Shown here one piece after another: positions 41,704 to 53,950 of a stretch of 64,000 nt of DNA (within the stretch, counting starts at the first letter, position 1; the number at the start of each line of letters is the position of its first letter). The DNA is taken from the NCBI GenBank assembly GCA_965285935.1, contig OZ260661.1, forward strand, positions 34,534,001 through 34,598,000, read 5' to 3'. The notes under the pieces were generated by a model. That model was not told the DNA's origin. It saw only the letters and a list, made by a program, of their open reading frames with translations, and did not search any database. Both the position numbers and the translations under genes were made by a program. The DNA is from Ophelia neglecta. Its lineage: Eukaryota.

Positions 41704-44700
41704 GTGTGTATTGATATTTCTGTATATATCCCATTGTTTGAAAAATTAAGTAGTGCTTTACGAGTAAAACAGAGTTACCCACTTGATGAATATTTGCAAA
41801 GCTAAAGTAATAATACTACATTTTATATATACTATGACCTTGTGCATGACGATTGGTATTACAGGTGCTTCCTCAACGATAGCACGATAACCTCATCAGA
41901 TCTGCTGACTCAGTTAAAGCTGCCCCCTTTCCCTGCACAACGTGTAAGTCCATCAGAGATGAAGTTTGTTTAATACCCATTTATATGGAAATATAATAAT
42001 AATTATTAAACATTTAGTCCAAGTTAGCTACTTAAATGGGAAATTTTAAGGCAAGTTTTACTTGTTTCAATGGTTAATACATTTAAGGACAGTGGACTGT
42101 ATAGCTACACTACTCAGGTCAGTTGCCATGGAAGTAGCATTGGGTGGAAGGTGTCTCCCACTGATATGTGGAGTGGACTGGTCCACGGCGGTAAACGTTG
42201 GTTAGTGACGTCGGCGAACACATCTGCCATCGGTGGTTAGTATCTGTATATATATTTGTTAGTTCCTAGTGTATTCGTCGTACAAATTTTGATTTTCAAG
42301 AGTAAATACTACAACGGTTATGGTCGGCTAAGATACACATTGCTCGCAGCTTCATTCCTCGAAGATCCACACAACCTAGTCGACTGGATGAATGTTGCTT
42401 ATCCTGATTTACTTGAACAAAAGGTAGTTGCTGATTGCTCTCAACAGCCCGGTGACATCCTTTATATAGTGAGTGACTGAATAACAATTGATATTTATGT
42501 ACGTTAATTGAAAGGTATTTTTTCTTAGATGTTGTATAAACTACCCAAATGACGAAAGTACTTTACCTTGGATACAGCAATAATTCACATTGAATTCATA
42601 GTTTTATATACATACATAGATGCATGTACATGTAACTTTTATGGTTATTAGTTAGAATGAGACTTTGCTTAGTTCTGAATACCGAAATTCACTTCGTTTC
42701 GATCAGCCAGAAATGTTCAACTTTCTTGAGATTACAACTGTTGGTAGTATTTCTTTGCAAACGACTACTTCCTCAACATTAACACAAACAGGAAAACTTT
42801 ACCAAACAGGTAGGGACAAATGTAATTCACTAGTAGATACATTCGATAATACAGACAAGTTATGTTACTGGATTATCCTATATTTTTCACTAAATTAAAC
42901 GAGAGTTTAACTAAAGTTAAAGGGGAGTTCAAAGAGAACCGCCGTTGTTTGAGATAAAAAATATAGACACTCGTATTTGTATGGCAACTGAAGCCTGGAC
43001 AGCCACTGATTTTATTTATAGCAATGTTAAATTTCTTCCAGTTCATGATATGCATGCCAGTACTGAACAGCAGACTGGCACCTTGAAGAAGCTTCATAAT
43101 TTGCTCCCAGGTAACAACGGTGGGCTTTGGTATTTTTAAAAATTGTCGAAAAGATACTTTGCACAAATAGGTATATTATTTTATGTACCACCTGTTTGTT
43201 CATGAATTTTGATTTAATACAGGTAATTCAGATGTCGTTTTCAAGTTAGCTGATGCCCTCGAACTCACCGACCATATTATTGAGGCGATCGAGGTTTTAC
43301 AGGCATATGTAAAAAATGCACCCGAAAACCCTGAGGCACTATATAAACTGGCAGATCTCTTCGACAAAGTTAGTAGTAAAATATAGCACTTACTTCTTTT
43401 TAATAGAATGTAATCATCATGTTTTATTTCATTAATTCTATGATTTGTTAAACACGTTGATACCTTTATATCTCAATGTTTTCTGTTGGGAAACTGACAT
43501 TTTTTCACCTTGCAATATGATGTCAATTTCAAATGGTATCAGTATACATACTACTTATCCTCTTTTACAAATCCTTATTTGCAAGCAGATTTGCATATCA
43601 AAGCGGCATCTTATATAATTGAGATCCGTTAAGTAAACGTAACTTGTACAAGGAGTAAGCCCTTGAAGGTAAATGCGTAAGATAAATGGGAATGTTAGAA
43701 TTATTAAAATGCATTTTTTTAACTCTAATGGGTGTGTTTAGTTCATGGGTGTGTCCAGTTCATGGGCCAGTGATTTATCATACCGGCTATGTCCAATCAC
43801 AATTCTTGGTCACCCTATCGACCGAGGCTGGCACTTGCGGACACAACCAGATATAATCAAAACATATATAGATCAAATCCTAGGCACTCTTTTGGTGTTG
43901 GCCACCCAAGTAACACGGCCAATCTCCAGGATTGTATACGTTATATATTTATGCACTGTTGGAGATCGAATCGGGGGTTCCATCCTGTACTTGCATTTAA
44001 GATTTCTTACATCCTCACAAAATAAATCAGAAATCAACGCAGGATTTTGGTTTTCTGTATCAAAGCTCGACGGTAATTTATGGGAATGAGCTAAACTTGT
44101 CTAGATATATCTTTCCCAAATAGAAACATAAAAAATATTGTAGCCGTTTTTTGTGCTCGGCTGGTTAGATGGAAAAGAAAGAAATAACCATGCTTTTTGA
44201 AAAGATCGGATGAAAGTTTCTAAGCTCAGATAATATTCAAGTAAAGGGCATTTTTAACAAGATATTGAAAGAGTAGCTAGCTAAAAGGAAGGAAGAAATA
44301 AGAGACCTAAAGGAACAGTTGTATAAACACGATAGCCTCGGTGACATATTAAGCAAATTTCAAATATCTGAATAACCTGCTTGTACACACGAATTCTGTA
44401 ATTCCAGATACATGCATTGAAAAACTAGCTAGAAATATCTAGGAAGAATTTCAAGTTCATAGCTTGAGGGTTTATTCGATATTAATACTACAACTGGAAT
44501 GACATAGAGAGTTGAGCAATAACGCTTAATAAGACTTAATATGCTCTGTTTAAAATGTTTACCAATCCAACGGTGCTTGCTCTCGTTTTATTGTTTCACC
44601 GGCATGCATACTAAATAGTCTTTACGCTTAGAAATCTGAACATGCCGCATATTTATTTTCATATCAATCAGGCCGGCAGGGACAACGAAGCTGAAGATAT

Positions 44701-45386
44701 ATATGAAGACATGAGAAAAAAAATACCTGTTACCCCTAAAACCTATTCCCAATTGAGCCAGTTCCTTCTCGGGCAAAAGAAATCGCGAGAAGCCACCCAG
44801 CTTTTGCATGAGGTATGTTAGGTTATATAATCACTGTATGGTTAACAATGAAATCCTCCCGACACTAATTATACTTATATATATATATATATATATAACA
44901 CGTGGTATTTCGAACTTGAATAAAGATGGCGGTGAATTGCCTATACAGGTAAATGGCAAGCCGGTTACGCGGGTTCACCCTTTCCAGTAATTTCAGAATA
45001 AGTCATGCCTTGCAGTATTGCCGATACTAATTGTAGATGGAACTTAGAAGGCACTTTCAAGTTTGGATTAAAACACTTTGAACAATGAGGATTTCTACTT
45101 TTGATAACGATGTTTTATGTAGTTTGGAAACACCAATCTTGGATGTTAAGGAATAAATCGAGCACCATAAATATCTCTCGGCTGTTTTCATTTTGTTAAT
45201 CCACCTAATCCATAATCGTTTTCGTTTCCGAGTTAAGTTGTCGACAATCAATAATTGCAGGCAGTGCTGAAGTATCCCTCCAAGCTGTACTTGTGGGATT
45301 TGCTCATATCTTCCCTTCGACAGTCGGGTGAAAAGGCCAAAGCAAAACAAGTAGAAAGGGAAGTCAAGAAATGGAGAAATGTTTAA
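41101..45386 (+). CDS. Spliced gene: membrane-anchored JMJD8-like JmjC/cupin-fold protein with C-terminal TPR repeats (about 535 aa from 41102; start codon unresolved)
   Basis: Exons 41101-41703, 41865-41943, 42088-42235, 42350-42468, 42707-42809, 42967-43110, 43223-43368, 44672-44812, 45261-45386. All GT-AG, with matching phases (2,0,1,0,1,1,0,0), ending in TAA. Motifs: CTMERIDFNYLTEELFNLTYRLQRPFIL, WSGLVHGGKRWLV, DWMNVAYPDL, DCSQQPGDILYIP (JMJD8-like) and PENPEALYKLADLFDKAGRDNEAEDIYE (TPR). Confidence 0.88.
41865..41943 (+). CDS. JmjC-TPR gene exon (CFLNDSTITSSDLLTQLKLPPFPAQR)
   Basis: ttacAG / GTAAGT, phase-consistent. Confidence 0.8.
42088..42235 (+). CDS. JmjC-TPR gene exon (DSGLYSYTTQVSCHGSSIGWKVSPTDMWSGLVHGGKRWLV...)
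   Basis: tttaAG / GTTAGT; G-x-K-R-W JmjC strand motif. Confidence 0.85.
42350..42468 (+). CDS. JmjC-TPR gene exon (SFLEDPHNLVDWMNVAYPDLLEQKVVADCSQQPGDILYI)
   Basis: tcgcAG / GTGAGT; PGDILYI JmjC motif. Confidence 0.88.
42707..42809 (+). CDS. JmjC-TPR gene exon (PEMFNFLEITTVGSISLQ...)
   Basis: gatcAG / GTAGGG; completes PGDILYIP. Confidence 0.8.
42967..43110 (+). CDS. JmjC-TPR gene exon (linker into TPR region)
   Basis: atatAG / GTAACA; phase 1-1; the acceptor is pyrimidine-poor, so its exact start is less certain. Confidence 0.7.
43223..43368 (+). CDS. JmjC-TPR gene exon (TPR: NSDVVFKLADALELTDHIIEAIEVLQAYVKNAPENPEALYKLADLFDK)
   Basis: atacAG / GTTAGT; TPR helical pattern. Confidence 0.88.
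44672..44812 (+). CDS. JmjC-TPR gene exon (TPR: AGRDNEAEDIYEDMRKKIPVTPKTYSQLSQFLLGQKKSREATQLLHE)
   Basis: aatcAG / GTATGT; continues the TPR register. Confidence 0.85.
44876..44897. repeat. (TA)n microsatellite in an intron
   Basis: Read directly. Confidence 0.9.
45261..45386 (+). CDS. JmjC-TPR gene terminal exon (AVLKYPSKLYLWDLLISSLRQSGEKAKAKQVEREVKKWRNV*)
   Basis: ttgcAG acceptor, TAA stop, AATAAA at 45393 and ~45742. Confidence 0.85.
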   Translation, partial: AVLKYPSKLYLWDLLISSLRQSGEKAKAKQVEREVKKWRNV

Positions 45387-48300
45387 AACCATAATAAATC
45401 TTTCAGAGTCTAGTCAACAGATGCTTCGTTGTGATATCTTTCTCTACAAATGCAGCTTATGTACCAACTCGTATATTACTAGTTTGTTTCTTATCTTCTA
45501 TACTTTTGTCTGGCAAAGATATAAAAGTGTCATTTTTATGTGAGTGTTCTCGTTTTGTTTTCCGTGTTTTATTATTGAATACATTGACAATATATAACCA
45601 TTTTCCAATTTTCTCAAGGCTAAGAACTTTGCGGTGCTAGGAGCACAAGTATATTAATAATATAAGTGGATTGTTATTGAAGACCAATTAAAGTTATTTT
45701 TCAATTTTTCGATATGTTTGTCTGGTCATATGAAAAGTTTTAATAAACAAAGTAATCACTTTACTAGCTTACCAATTACATGTAGTAAACCATAAATTCT
45801 ATGTTTATTTTATGTCCCTGTTCAAATGAACAAAACTACATGTTCAAGACATATATTTGGGAGATTATTCCCCAGAGAATATATTTGATACCATGCCGTT
45901 ATATGATCTATCTGAAGAGTAGCAACACTTAATAAGGGATGCTTCAAACTAGGACATTTTCTCGAATAATATGCCATTAAGTATGTTTATAGTTACACTA
46001 CTTAAAGCTAAACATCTTAAACGAAAAAAAGTACTAATCGCTTCGAATAAATTACACCAAAACTAAATTCACAACACCAATTAATGTATACATAATTTTT
46101 AATAGTTCCATCAAGAGTGGTTACTAATGGTGGTTTTGATTATTCTCATTTATCGCCACTGATTGTGAGCACTTTCGACTCCTTGCTTTTTCCAACAGAG
46201 CCACAGGAAATGGCACACATAACCTTTAATTAAGGTGGAAATTAAAACGAAAATAATATACTTGTTATATCTTCTGCGTGTATAAAGCTAGCACCAGACA
46301 ACTAAATAACAGTATGCACCGAGACCAGGTGGTCACACAGTCCCAGGTATGTAGCCAACATATTTGATAATCACAAACGTGAAGCTCGGCATATAGTGGA
46401 AGCAAAGATCGCAAGACCTTATCAAGGGCAAAATGATCCCTCGCTTCCTGCATGTACATTTGTAGGAAACTGAAAGCTGCTACATAAACTCGTCTGTTTA
46501 AATACGCTATTCATACTTTACCTCTGAATTATCAGTTTGTTTTACTCACAAACATGCTCAATGAAAACTTTGAGCTTGAACCAAATTTTGAAAGAATGAA
46601 ATAAAAAAAATAAAATAGGATTGGCGTTCATTTGGGATATTTTGACGTTTGTTTTGAAAGGCATAGTTTGCTTGTTTATAAATAGATAAATAAATCTTAG
46701 GTTTTTATTTCGCAATAAGGAATGAATACCATGAATACCACATATCTAGGCACCGCCAGGCTATTGTCAGACAAAGGTCTTTGTTGAACATATAATTAAA
46801 TTGCTATTAATGTATGTCTCGGTAATCACAGCAGAATGAGATTGCAAATATAGTCGAATGTATGATGTCATGTATTTTTATATATCCATGATATATATGC
46901 CAAGGCAGTCAATCCCTCTGATACACTATTTTTACAAAGAAACTACCAACATCTACGGTACTAGTCGTAATTAGTATTGTGTGTTGGATTTAAGAATTGA
47001 GACTTGCGTTCTAACATAGTCTACTTGGACACTCTCAGAAGTTAAAAATATAGAAACGTTTCAACCCTTTGGGTATGATTCCACAAAATAACGAATTACG
47101 AATAAATTGTCCCGGGAATCATAGGAACTAGTAAATGAACGGTTCAAAATACATGCAATCGTTTATTGAGAACGGAATGCTTTAGACGAATTGTGGTGTT
47201 GCTAATTGAGTTAATTATCGTTAAACAATACCATTGCTGCGATTCTACGTGTGGGGAAAACCATGAATGTTGCCCCCAGTTAGAGTTACTACGCTTCAGT
47301 GAGTTATTAGCAATAAACGCTCATGCATCACGCACGTCTTAGTCTCTCAGTTTACTAACCCTGCAACCTCCTTATTGAATTGAAAATCTCGATATTAACC
47401 TTGGGCCCTACATAACTAATCTTCCTAATAACATTGGTTGCAGCACATTGTACACAATTTGCATACTTTACATTTAGATCTTAAACATTGTCCAGCTGGC
47501 GCTCTCGACCTGATTTGTGCTGATAGGCTTTTGGAGCAAACCCAGATAATCGCTTATCCCCAACTTTCCTAGGCTTTATTCTCGGTTCAGCGAAATGCTG
47601 CTTGCAAGATAATAGCACAAGGGCGACATGGCCCTAAAATGGCAGTTAGGTACAGAGGCTACCAGGACATTCAAGAACTTTTATGCATACATCATTGCCT
47701 TAGACCTTATCATGGCGTCCGGGTCTATCGTTCATGAGAAGCCAGTGAAGGCTGCATTAAAACTATTTCCTGGTTCACATTGTGTATATATGTAAACTTT
47801 AAAATTTACGCGCAAACATTTAGTCATTGCTGATATGATGGCGAAGGGAAAACGCCTAGGGTCCGTGATCTCGTCGGTCTCATATGAAAACGAAACGCAT
47901 TATAGATAAATAGAACGATCTTCGAACGTCTTTGTACAAGTGACGTGACTAGCAAAATGGGTAGATGAATCCAACACGGAAAGAACAATTCTTCAGCCTC
48001 GAAGTTGGGTCAACACCGCTCTTCAAGATGCTCAAGGACACGTCTGGGTGGCGGGTTGAAAAGTGTTAAAGAAAGTTAAAGTAGAGTAAAGCTTAAGGCC
48101 CCTGAAGGTTCTCACCTACGATATTCAGGAAGGAAATCGAGGGAGTGAGACGGGGAAGTTACGTTTATGTACGTCGGTGGATGTGCGTCGCTGTCCGGAT
48201 GATGAACGGTTATGATACTGTACAGTATAATTTTGCCCCGTGGACCCTGTTACGAATCGGTTATTCATCTTTCCCCTGCGCTCATTATGATGCACCGCCC

Positions 48301-49610
48301 GCTGGACATGCCCTCTATGAGCGACACACTTCGGTTGTACCTGTTGCAAGTCAGGTAGCAGCCCGCCCGCGAGTCAGGTCTTCCGGACAAAACGGGTGTG
48401 AATTGACAAAGCCTAGCGCACAACCGCACAAGCAGCGGTCGCCTTTGCCTGGAGGTTGGGTGCGTGCCAACGGCCGGATTGAAAGGACCTTTGCCTGAAA
48501 AGGAACACTTTTGCTTGCGTCTAACCGCTAAGGCTATACGGCAAGGTTCATTTGTTACATAAGATATCATCATGGGACTTGGTAGCCAAGCCAGGGAATT
48601 GGTCAGGAGAACACCTGACTGTGAAATAGTTTGCCGTGTTTTTCTATTAGGCAGCTTTATCAAGGTTAAGTTCCGTGTAGGCTTGTATAATTATATGTAC
48701 TATATTGGGCGATTCAGTATATTGGAACTAAAGTAAATTGAAGCAAGCAAATCCAAAAACTCCCTGGCAAGTTAATGTTATATTTAATAAAACAAATATG
48801 TCACCTTACATATTTAACGATATGGAATATTTGCCAATATAATGAATGTGAATATGTTACCGGCGCTACTCTAGAAAATAAAATATAGAGAAGAAAAATA
48901 TTATCACATTTAAGGGTGTTTCTTTGTGGAATAACCATTATTGTATAATTGATAGTGAAAGTAAAAGTTAGCATGAGATGGAAACTCAGTCAATTTCTTC
49001 TATGAAATGCACGCTTGAATGGAACAGTAAGCATTCGATTTATTCAGACCTATATCAACGAAGAACTTCATGCATTTAAGTCTTTCAGGATGCATTTATG
49101 TATATCAATAAATATTGATCTTCCAACCCAAAATGTCTTAGTTTCCCGTTGTATTATTTAACATTAAATGTACTATTGCCCGAATCGCATATGTGAGATT
49201 TTACAAACAGATTCCAAACGCTACAGTGTTGGCATCATGGTGCTATTATAATCTAATACAACCCTGAATCAATTTCATTTGTATAAAATGTACCTATTGT
49301 CTATTCTTCAGATATTGTGTGCGTGGTAAAACCTGGTTTTAAAGTTCTTTCCCTTTTTGGGAAAGTACAAACATCGTGTTATTTTCATGGCAAATAAAAA
49401 CAACCTAAACCTTTGACAAATCTTGATGGATTATTTCGTAACTTATATTACCCTTAGTTACCCTTACTTAATTGCTTACGACATATTATTTGTTGTTGGA
49501 TATACCTCAAAATAAGATGCTACAGTTAGGGATGATGGCCCTGCAAAAACAAGCCAGTTAACACGCAGTAAAATATAAGATTATTAACTTTTAAACATAT
49601 ATCACAGTTA

Positions 49611-50705
49611 TTAACGAATGTCGGGTTTATTATCCAGGTCTTCATATGCACCTTCCCTCAAACTATTGATCCACTCATATAAAGGGCGAAAGATATTTCC
49701 CAGAATCACGAAACACACACCTAACACCTCCATCCAGTTTCTGTGTCCAGGTTGAATATTTTTTAACCAGGTATATTGAAAAATGACCAAGTAGACCAGC
49801 ATGAGGGCATTTAGAATTGAGTTGGCAAAGGGCGTGATCCTTTGATTACCATATATAAAAATAACCGATCCCAGTCCGACTGTCCAGCTGTGACTAAATA
49901 ACAATGCCCAGCATCCGAGATTTGATGGTAAGATGGGAGACTCGAATATCAGAGAGAGTACAACGGATACAAACAATGGACCACATGCTCCCCAAAACGC
50001 CAGAGTACAAGTATTTAATTCAGCTAGCCGACTGCTTATAGTAAGGTAAGAAAGAAAGACACATGTCCCATTACCAACGGTGTAAATATATCCCTTTATT
50101 GTATCATAACGCTGGTTGAATTCTCTTGCTGCATCTGCTTGGGTCCTATTAAAATGAAGAAATGCATTTTCCGAGCTTTGAGAATTGTTATTCCTGTAAC
50201 ACACTGGTACAAAGCTTGGTTCAGAATCGGATGATGTAGAAGGAAATCCCATCCACTCAGGTTGTATTATTAATTCTATACCAATGTTGCATAAAACAAA
50301 AGCGATGACAATCCTAAGTCTGCATGCCTTTAACTTTAGAGTCTCGTGGATGCATGCAAACACTATCTGTAGGGTGACTGACAAACCTTGAATGGTGGAT
50401 ACCGGCAGAAATGGTGCAGCTGAGTAAAAGAAGAAGTTATTCCCCAATTTAAGAATAGACACTAACATCACCCAAGGTATGAAACGTGCCTCAACGGTAG
50501 GAATATGCCTATTGAAGAGCAGCACAATACAGCATACAATTAGTTGGGCGAGAAATCTCCAAACATCTAACTCATGATCGGCGATGTAGCCATCCAAATT
50601 TTGGGCACAGGACAAACTTATTGCGTACAGTATAACTGCTACGATGCATGCTAGGCATCCACGTATGTTCCTGGACAGGCTCCCGTTTTCTTTTAGGTTT
50701 GTCAT
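49611..50705 (-). CDS. EamA/DMT-superfamily transporter, SLC35G-like, copy A (364 aa, intronless CDS)
   Basis: About ten hydrophobic segments in two 5-TM halves; ELDVWRFLAQ, GIELIIQPEW, ITPFANSIL and EVLGVCFVILG match the recalled SLC35G/EamA pattern. Confidence 0.85.
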   Translation of the reverse strand: MTNLKENGSLSRNIRGCLACIVAVILYAISLSCAQNLDGYIADHELDVWRFLAQLIVCCIVLLFNRHIPTVEARFIPWVMLVSILKLGNNFFFYSAAPFLPVSTIQGLSVTLQIVFACIHETLKLKACRLRIVIAFVLCNIGIELIIQPEWMGFPSTSSDSEPSFVPVCYRNNNSQSSENAFLHFNRTQADAAREFNQRYDTIKGYIYTVGNGTCVFLSYLTISSRLAELNTCTLAFWGACGPLFVSVVLSLIFESPILPSNLGCWALLFSHSWTVGLGSVIFIYGNQRITPFANSILNALMLVYLVIFQYTWLKNIQPGHRNWMEVLGVCFVILGNIFRPLYEWINSLREGAYEDLDNKPDIR

Positions 50706-51661
50706 TGTTTACGGATGCCTACCGGAGCTTTCGGATCTCAATATAATCGGAGCTCTAAGCGTTTTAAAACGCAATCATTTGATTTGTCATATATATCTAT
50801 AGAATCCGTCATTGTGCGTTGAATTGATATTATGAAGTCAACGGGTGGGCAATACATTTTACTAACGTTAACCCTATAAGGTTAAGGTTGTAGCTTGAGC
50901 TTCAACCAGCAGATGGCTGGGATATAAATATTTATCAGATTTTAATGTGGCCCTTTAAAAGAACGCGATGTTTTCTAAAGAACAACAATCAATATCTAGC
51001 AGAAAAACGAACAGTTTATTTTGATATTAGATGAAAACTAAGAAAAGTACTCTTATTTGTCATAGTTGCCAAGAGAGACGTGACAGTAACAGGTACATTA
51101 AGACGGAGTCGATAACATACATTACTAGGTCTCCATTTTCATACTAGCGACTAGGACGACTTTATAGGAATTTTGACTGATTGAATGGACATAGCTTGAT
51201 GATTATGGATCCTTCTCGAATATCGATTTGGTTTTGTCTGTCAGGTATACAGTCCTGGTTTCTTATTTAACATTTTTTCTGCCGGGATTCACTTTTTGTC
51301 AAAACCTGTTAGCAAAATAAGTGCTTAATTCGTATCTTCTTTCCCTAGTTGTTACATGCGCCTAGAGTTTTTCGTACAAGGTGACCTATTCTAAATCTGT
51401 CCATATCGCACTGCTACAAATTCATTCTTAAACATAATACATGTTTAGGCAACAAAAGCAAATCATGAGAAGAAATGATCATATTTTCACCTGTTTACCT
51501 CAATGTTGGTGCCGGCCATGTCAAATGGCTGAACTATAATGAACATTATCCTTGATATGAATGGTTTTGCATATGCAATACCATGCATTTCCCTATGGTG
51601 TCATCACAGCCCATGCGATAACAAAGTTGCTATCACATGGTTGGGGCAAAATTGTTTGAGA

Positions 51662-51850
51662 NNNNNNNNNNNNNNNNNNNNNNNNNNNNNNNNNNNNNNN
51701 NNNNNNNNNNNNNNNNNNNNNNNNNNNNNNNNNNNNNNNNNNNNNNNNNNNNNNNNNNNNNNNNNNNNNNNNNNNNNNNNNNNNNNNNNNNNNNNNNNNN
51801 NNNNNNNNNNNNNNNNNNNNNNNNNNNNNNNNNNNNNNNNNNNNNNNNNN
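51662..51850. other. N run (189 nt; gap or masked sequence)
   Basis: Read directly. Confidence 1.
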
Positions 51851-52500
51851 ATAGTAGTATGCAGTGCAATTTCAGCTTATTGCTTATTGACATTGGAATA
51901 TATATTACATCATTTCATTAACATAGCATGCAATAAAGAATATTCAGTGACAAAGGGAGCTGGGTACAAATTGTGCATATGTTAAGGTACTAGAAACGCT
52001 AATGAACTACATAAACAGGAGAAGATTTGCTAGAGAGAAAAACACGCCAAAAATAAAACATTATAATATACATATCTTACAACCTCCTAGGAAATATTCT
52101 ACAACAAAAATAGAAAATAACTATTCTTTTACTAGTTATATTGATGAAAGTAGATACTTTTTAAGATCTTTATTAAAACTCAAAATGCCCACTTAGATTG
52201 TCATTTTGACGCAAATAATACTCCAGGTACCTCCACCTTGATTTATCATTGTACCATAAGAATCATACGTATGAACACGATTTAGAATGAATCTGTCTTT
52301 TATAAAAGGTGGAATCATGCCCTTGTACAATTTAAACATAACTATTGCAATTTTGGACTGGTAAATATTTTCTAGATTAAGTTTTGAAAGATCACCAGTA
52401 TGGTCTCTGAATTTAGAAAAGGTTATCACACGCACGCGATTGGCCAAAAAGCTAGCCAAGCTTTCTAGATTGCCTAGAGTTTTGACTTATTATAAATTAC
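51851..52500 (-). mobile_element. Decayed 3' fragment of a non-LTR retrotransposon (CR1/L2/Crack-like ORF2 C-terminus)
   Basis: RVITFSKFRDHTGDLSKLNLENIYQSKIAIVMFKLYKGMIPPFIKDRFILNRVHTY resembles the post-RT region of CR1/L2-group ORF2. Confidence 0.7.
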
Positions 52501-53009
52501 ACACAATATCCCATTCTTTAAATACAACTGATAGTTTCATGCTGGGTTGCAGCTAAATTGTGGTCTTGCTTAAGACATGACATATTTTTCCAGCCTGACA
52601 TTTCCGCGTTTGACCTATATGGACCAAAAGAAAGGTGGCGGTAACGTTGTCTTCTACGTATGCCAGCAAAATAATTGCCAACTAAATGTATGCTCATTTC
52701 TTGATATGCTCTTGCGTAAACAAGTGTCTTTAAAGAAAACGAACCCGCTCATCTTGAGCAATATCGTGAGTAGCTGACAAATGGTCAGATATCAGCGCAA
52801 TTCAACAGATAAGAGATAGACGATTTTTTCGCGCTCCTGCTAATTATACATTGCAAGTGTCAATCGCGCACTTTAATAGTCTTAGTCATTAACAGCTTAA
52901 TAAACAGGTATAATAAATTCCTTAAAATCTACACTTTACTATATGCTGACCCAGATAGCCCGTCTCAAGATTTGTGTTTTTGTTCTTCTTACGGGAATTT
53001 GAAATATAA

Positions 53010-53950
53010 TGATTTAGATTAGATTAGGTTAAACTAGATTTATTGTCAAGAAAACATATATACAATTTATAATCAATGTAAATAATAAATGATTAATTGA
53101 CATCAATATTAATAGATTATAACAAACACAAATATAGTAATTGCAAATAATGGGACGAACATGGCAGTATTATTTTCATGACAGAGGCAGAAAGGGGAAT
53201 AGAGAGAAAAGAATTAATAAGAATGAAGATAAGGAAAGGGTATTTCAATAGTAATGACTACCGGTAGTATATAAACTATATGTTATTTTACGGAATAACA
53301 AGCTTGTGCAGAAGAGTAGATTTAGAAAGTCTTCTCAGCGAATATATTCAACATTTGTAGTTCATCTCTTTGGTGTGGTTATCATAAATGATTGCCGCTT
53401 GGTATGACGGGCATCGTTGCAAAACAGGTGTTTTTGGAACAGGTAGGTAGAAGTTTTTTGCTTGTCCTGCATTATGGTGATTGAAGACCGAGTTAAATGT
53501 AAGTAAAGGAGAAACAACTTCGGGTAGCTGGCCATTGAGATATTTGAAAACAATTGTCTGCAAACTTAAGACGTTGTATGTCAAAGTTGTACTTTACCGT
53601 TTTGAAAGAAAAGTGGAATACTAGAGGCATCTCTCGCAGTTCCAGTAACTAGCCGGATGGCTTGCTCTTGGGACTTGATTAAAGGATCAAAGACGAAACA
53701 AACGCATAGCCCAATACCTCAATGCAATATGTAAGATATGGGTATTAAAAGGAGTAAAACAACGTGCTCAGTGTGTTTGTCGAGAAGTATTTTCTCGCTC
53801 TGCATATGACACCAATCTTTCAAGTTTATTATGTAAATCATTTGATTTATATTGATACCAGTTAAGAATGCATAAGAGTCGTCGACGAACAAAAGCAGAA
53901 AGACCGTATCTGAAACATTAGCCATGTCATTAATTGCTCAGAAATAGCAA
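53010..53950 (-). mobile_element. Decayed non-LTR retrotransposon fragment (RT core to 3' tail)
   Basis: LLFVDDS (FADD-like RT motif), VFKYLNGQLP...HHNAGQAKNFYLP...SYQAAIIYD, then AATAAA and an (ATCTA)n-like tail at ~53013-53045 on the - strand. Confidence 0.75.

Noticed and set aside
51539-51985. ORFs spanning the N run (also 56597-56836)
   Set aside because: Open only because Ns translate to X.
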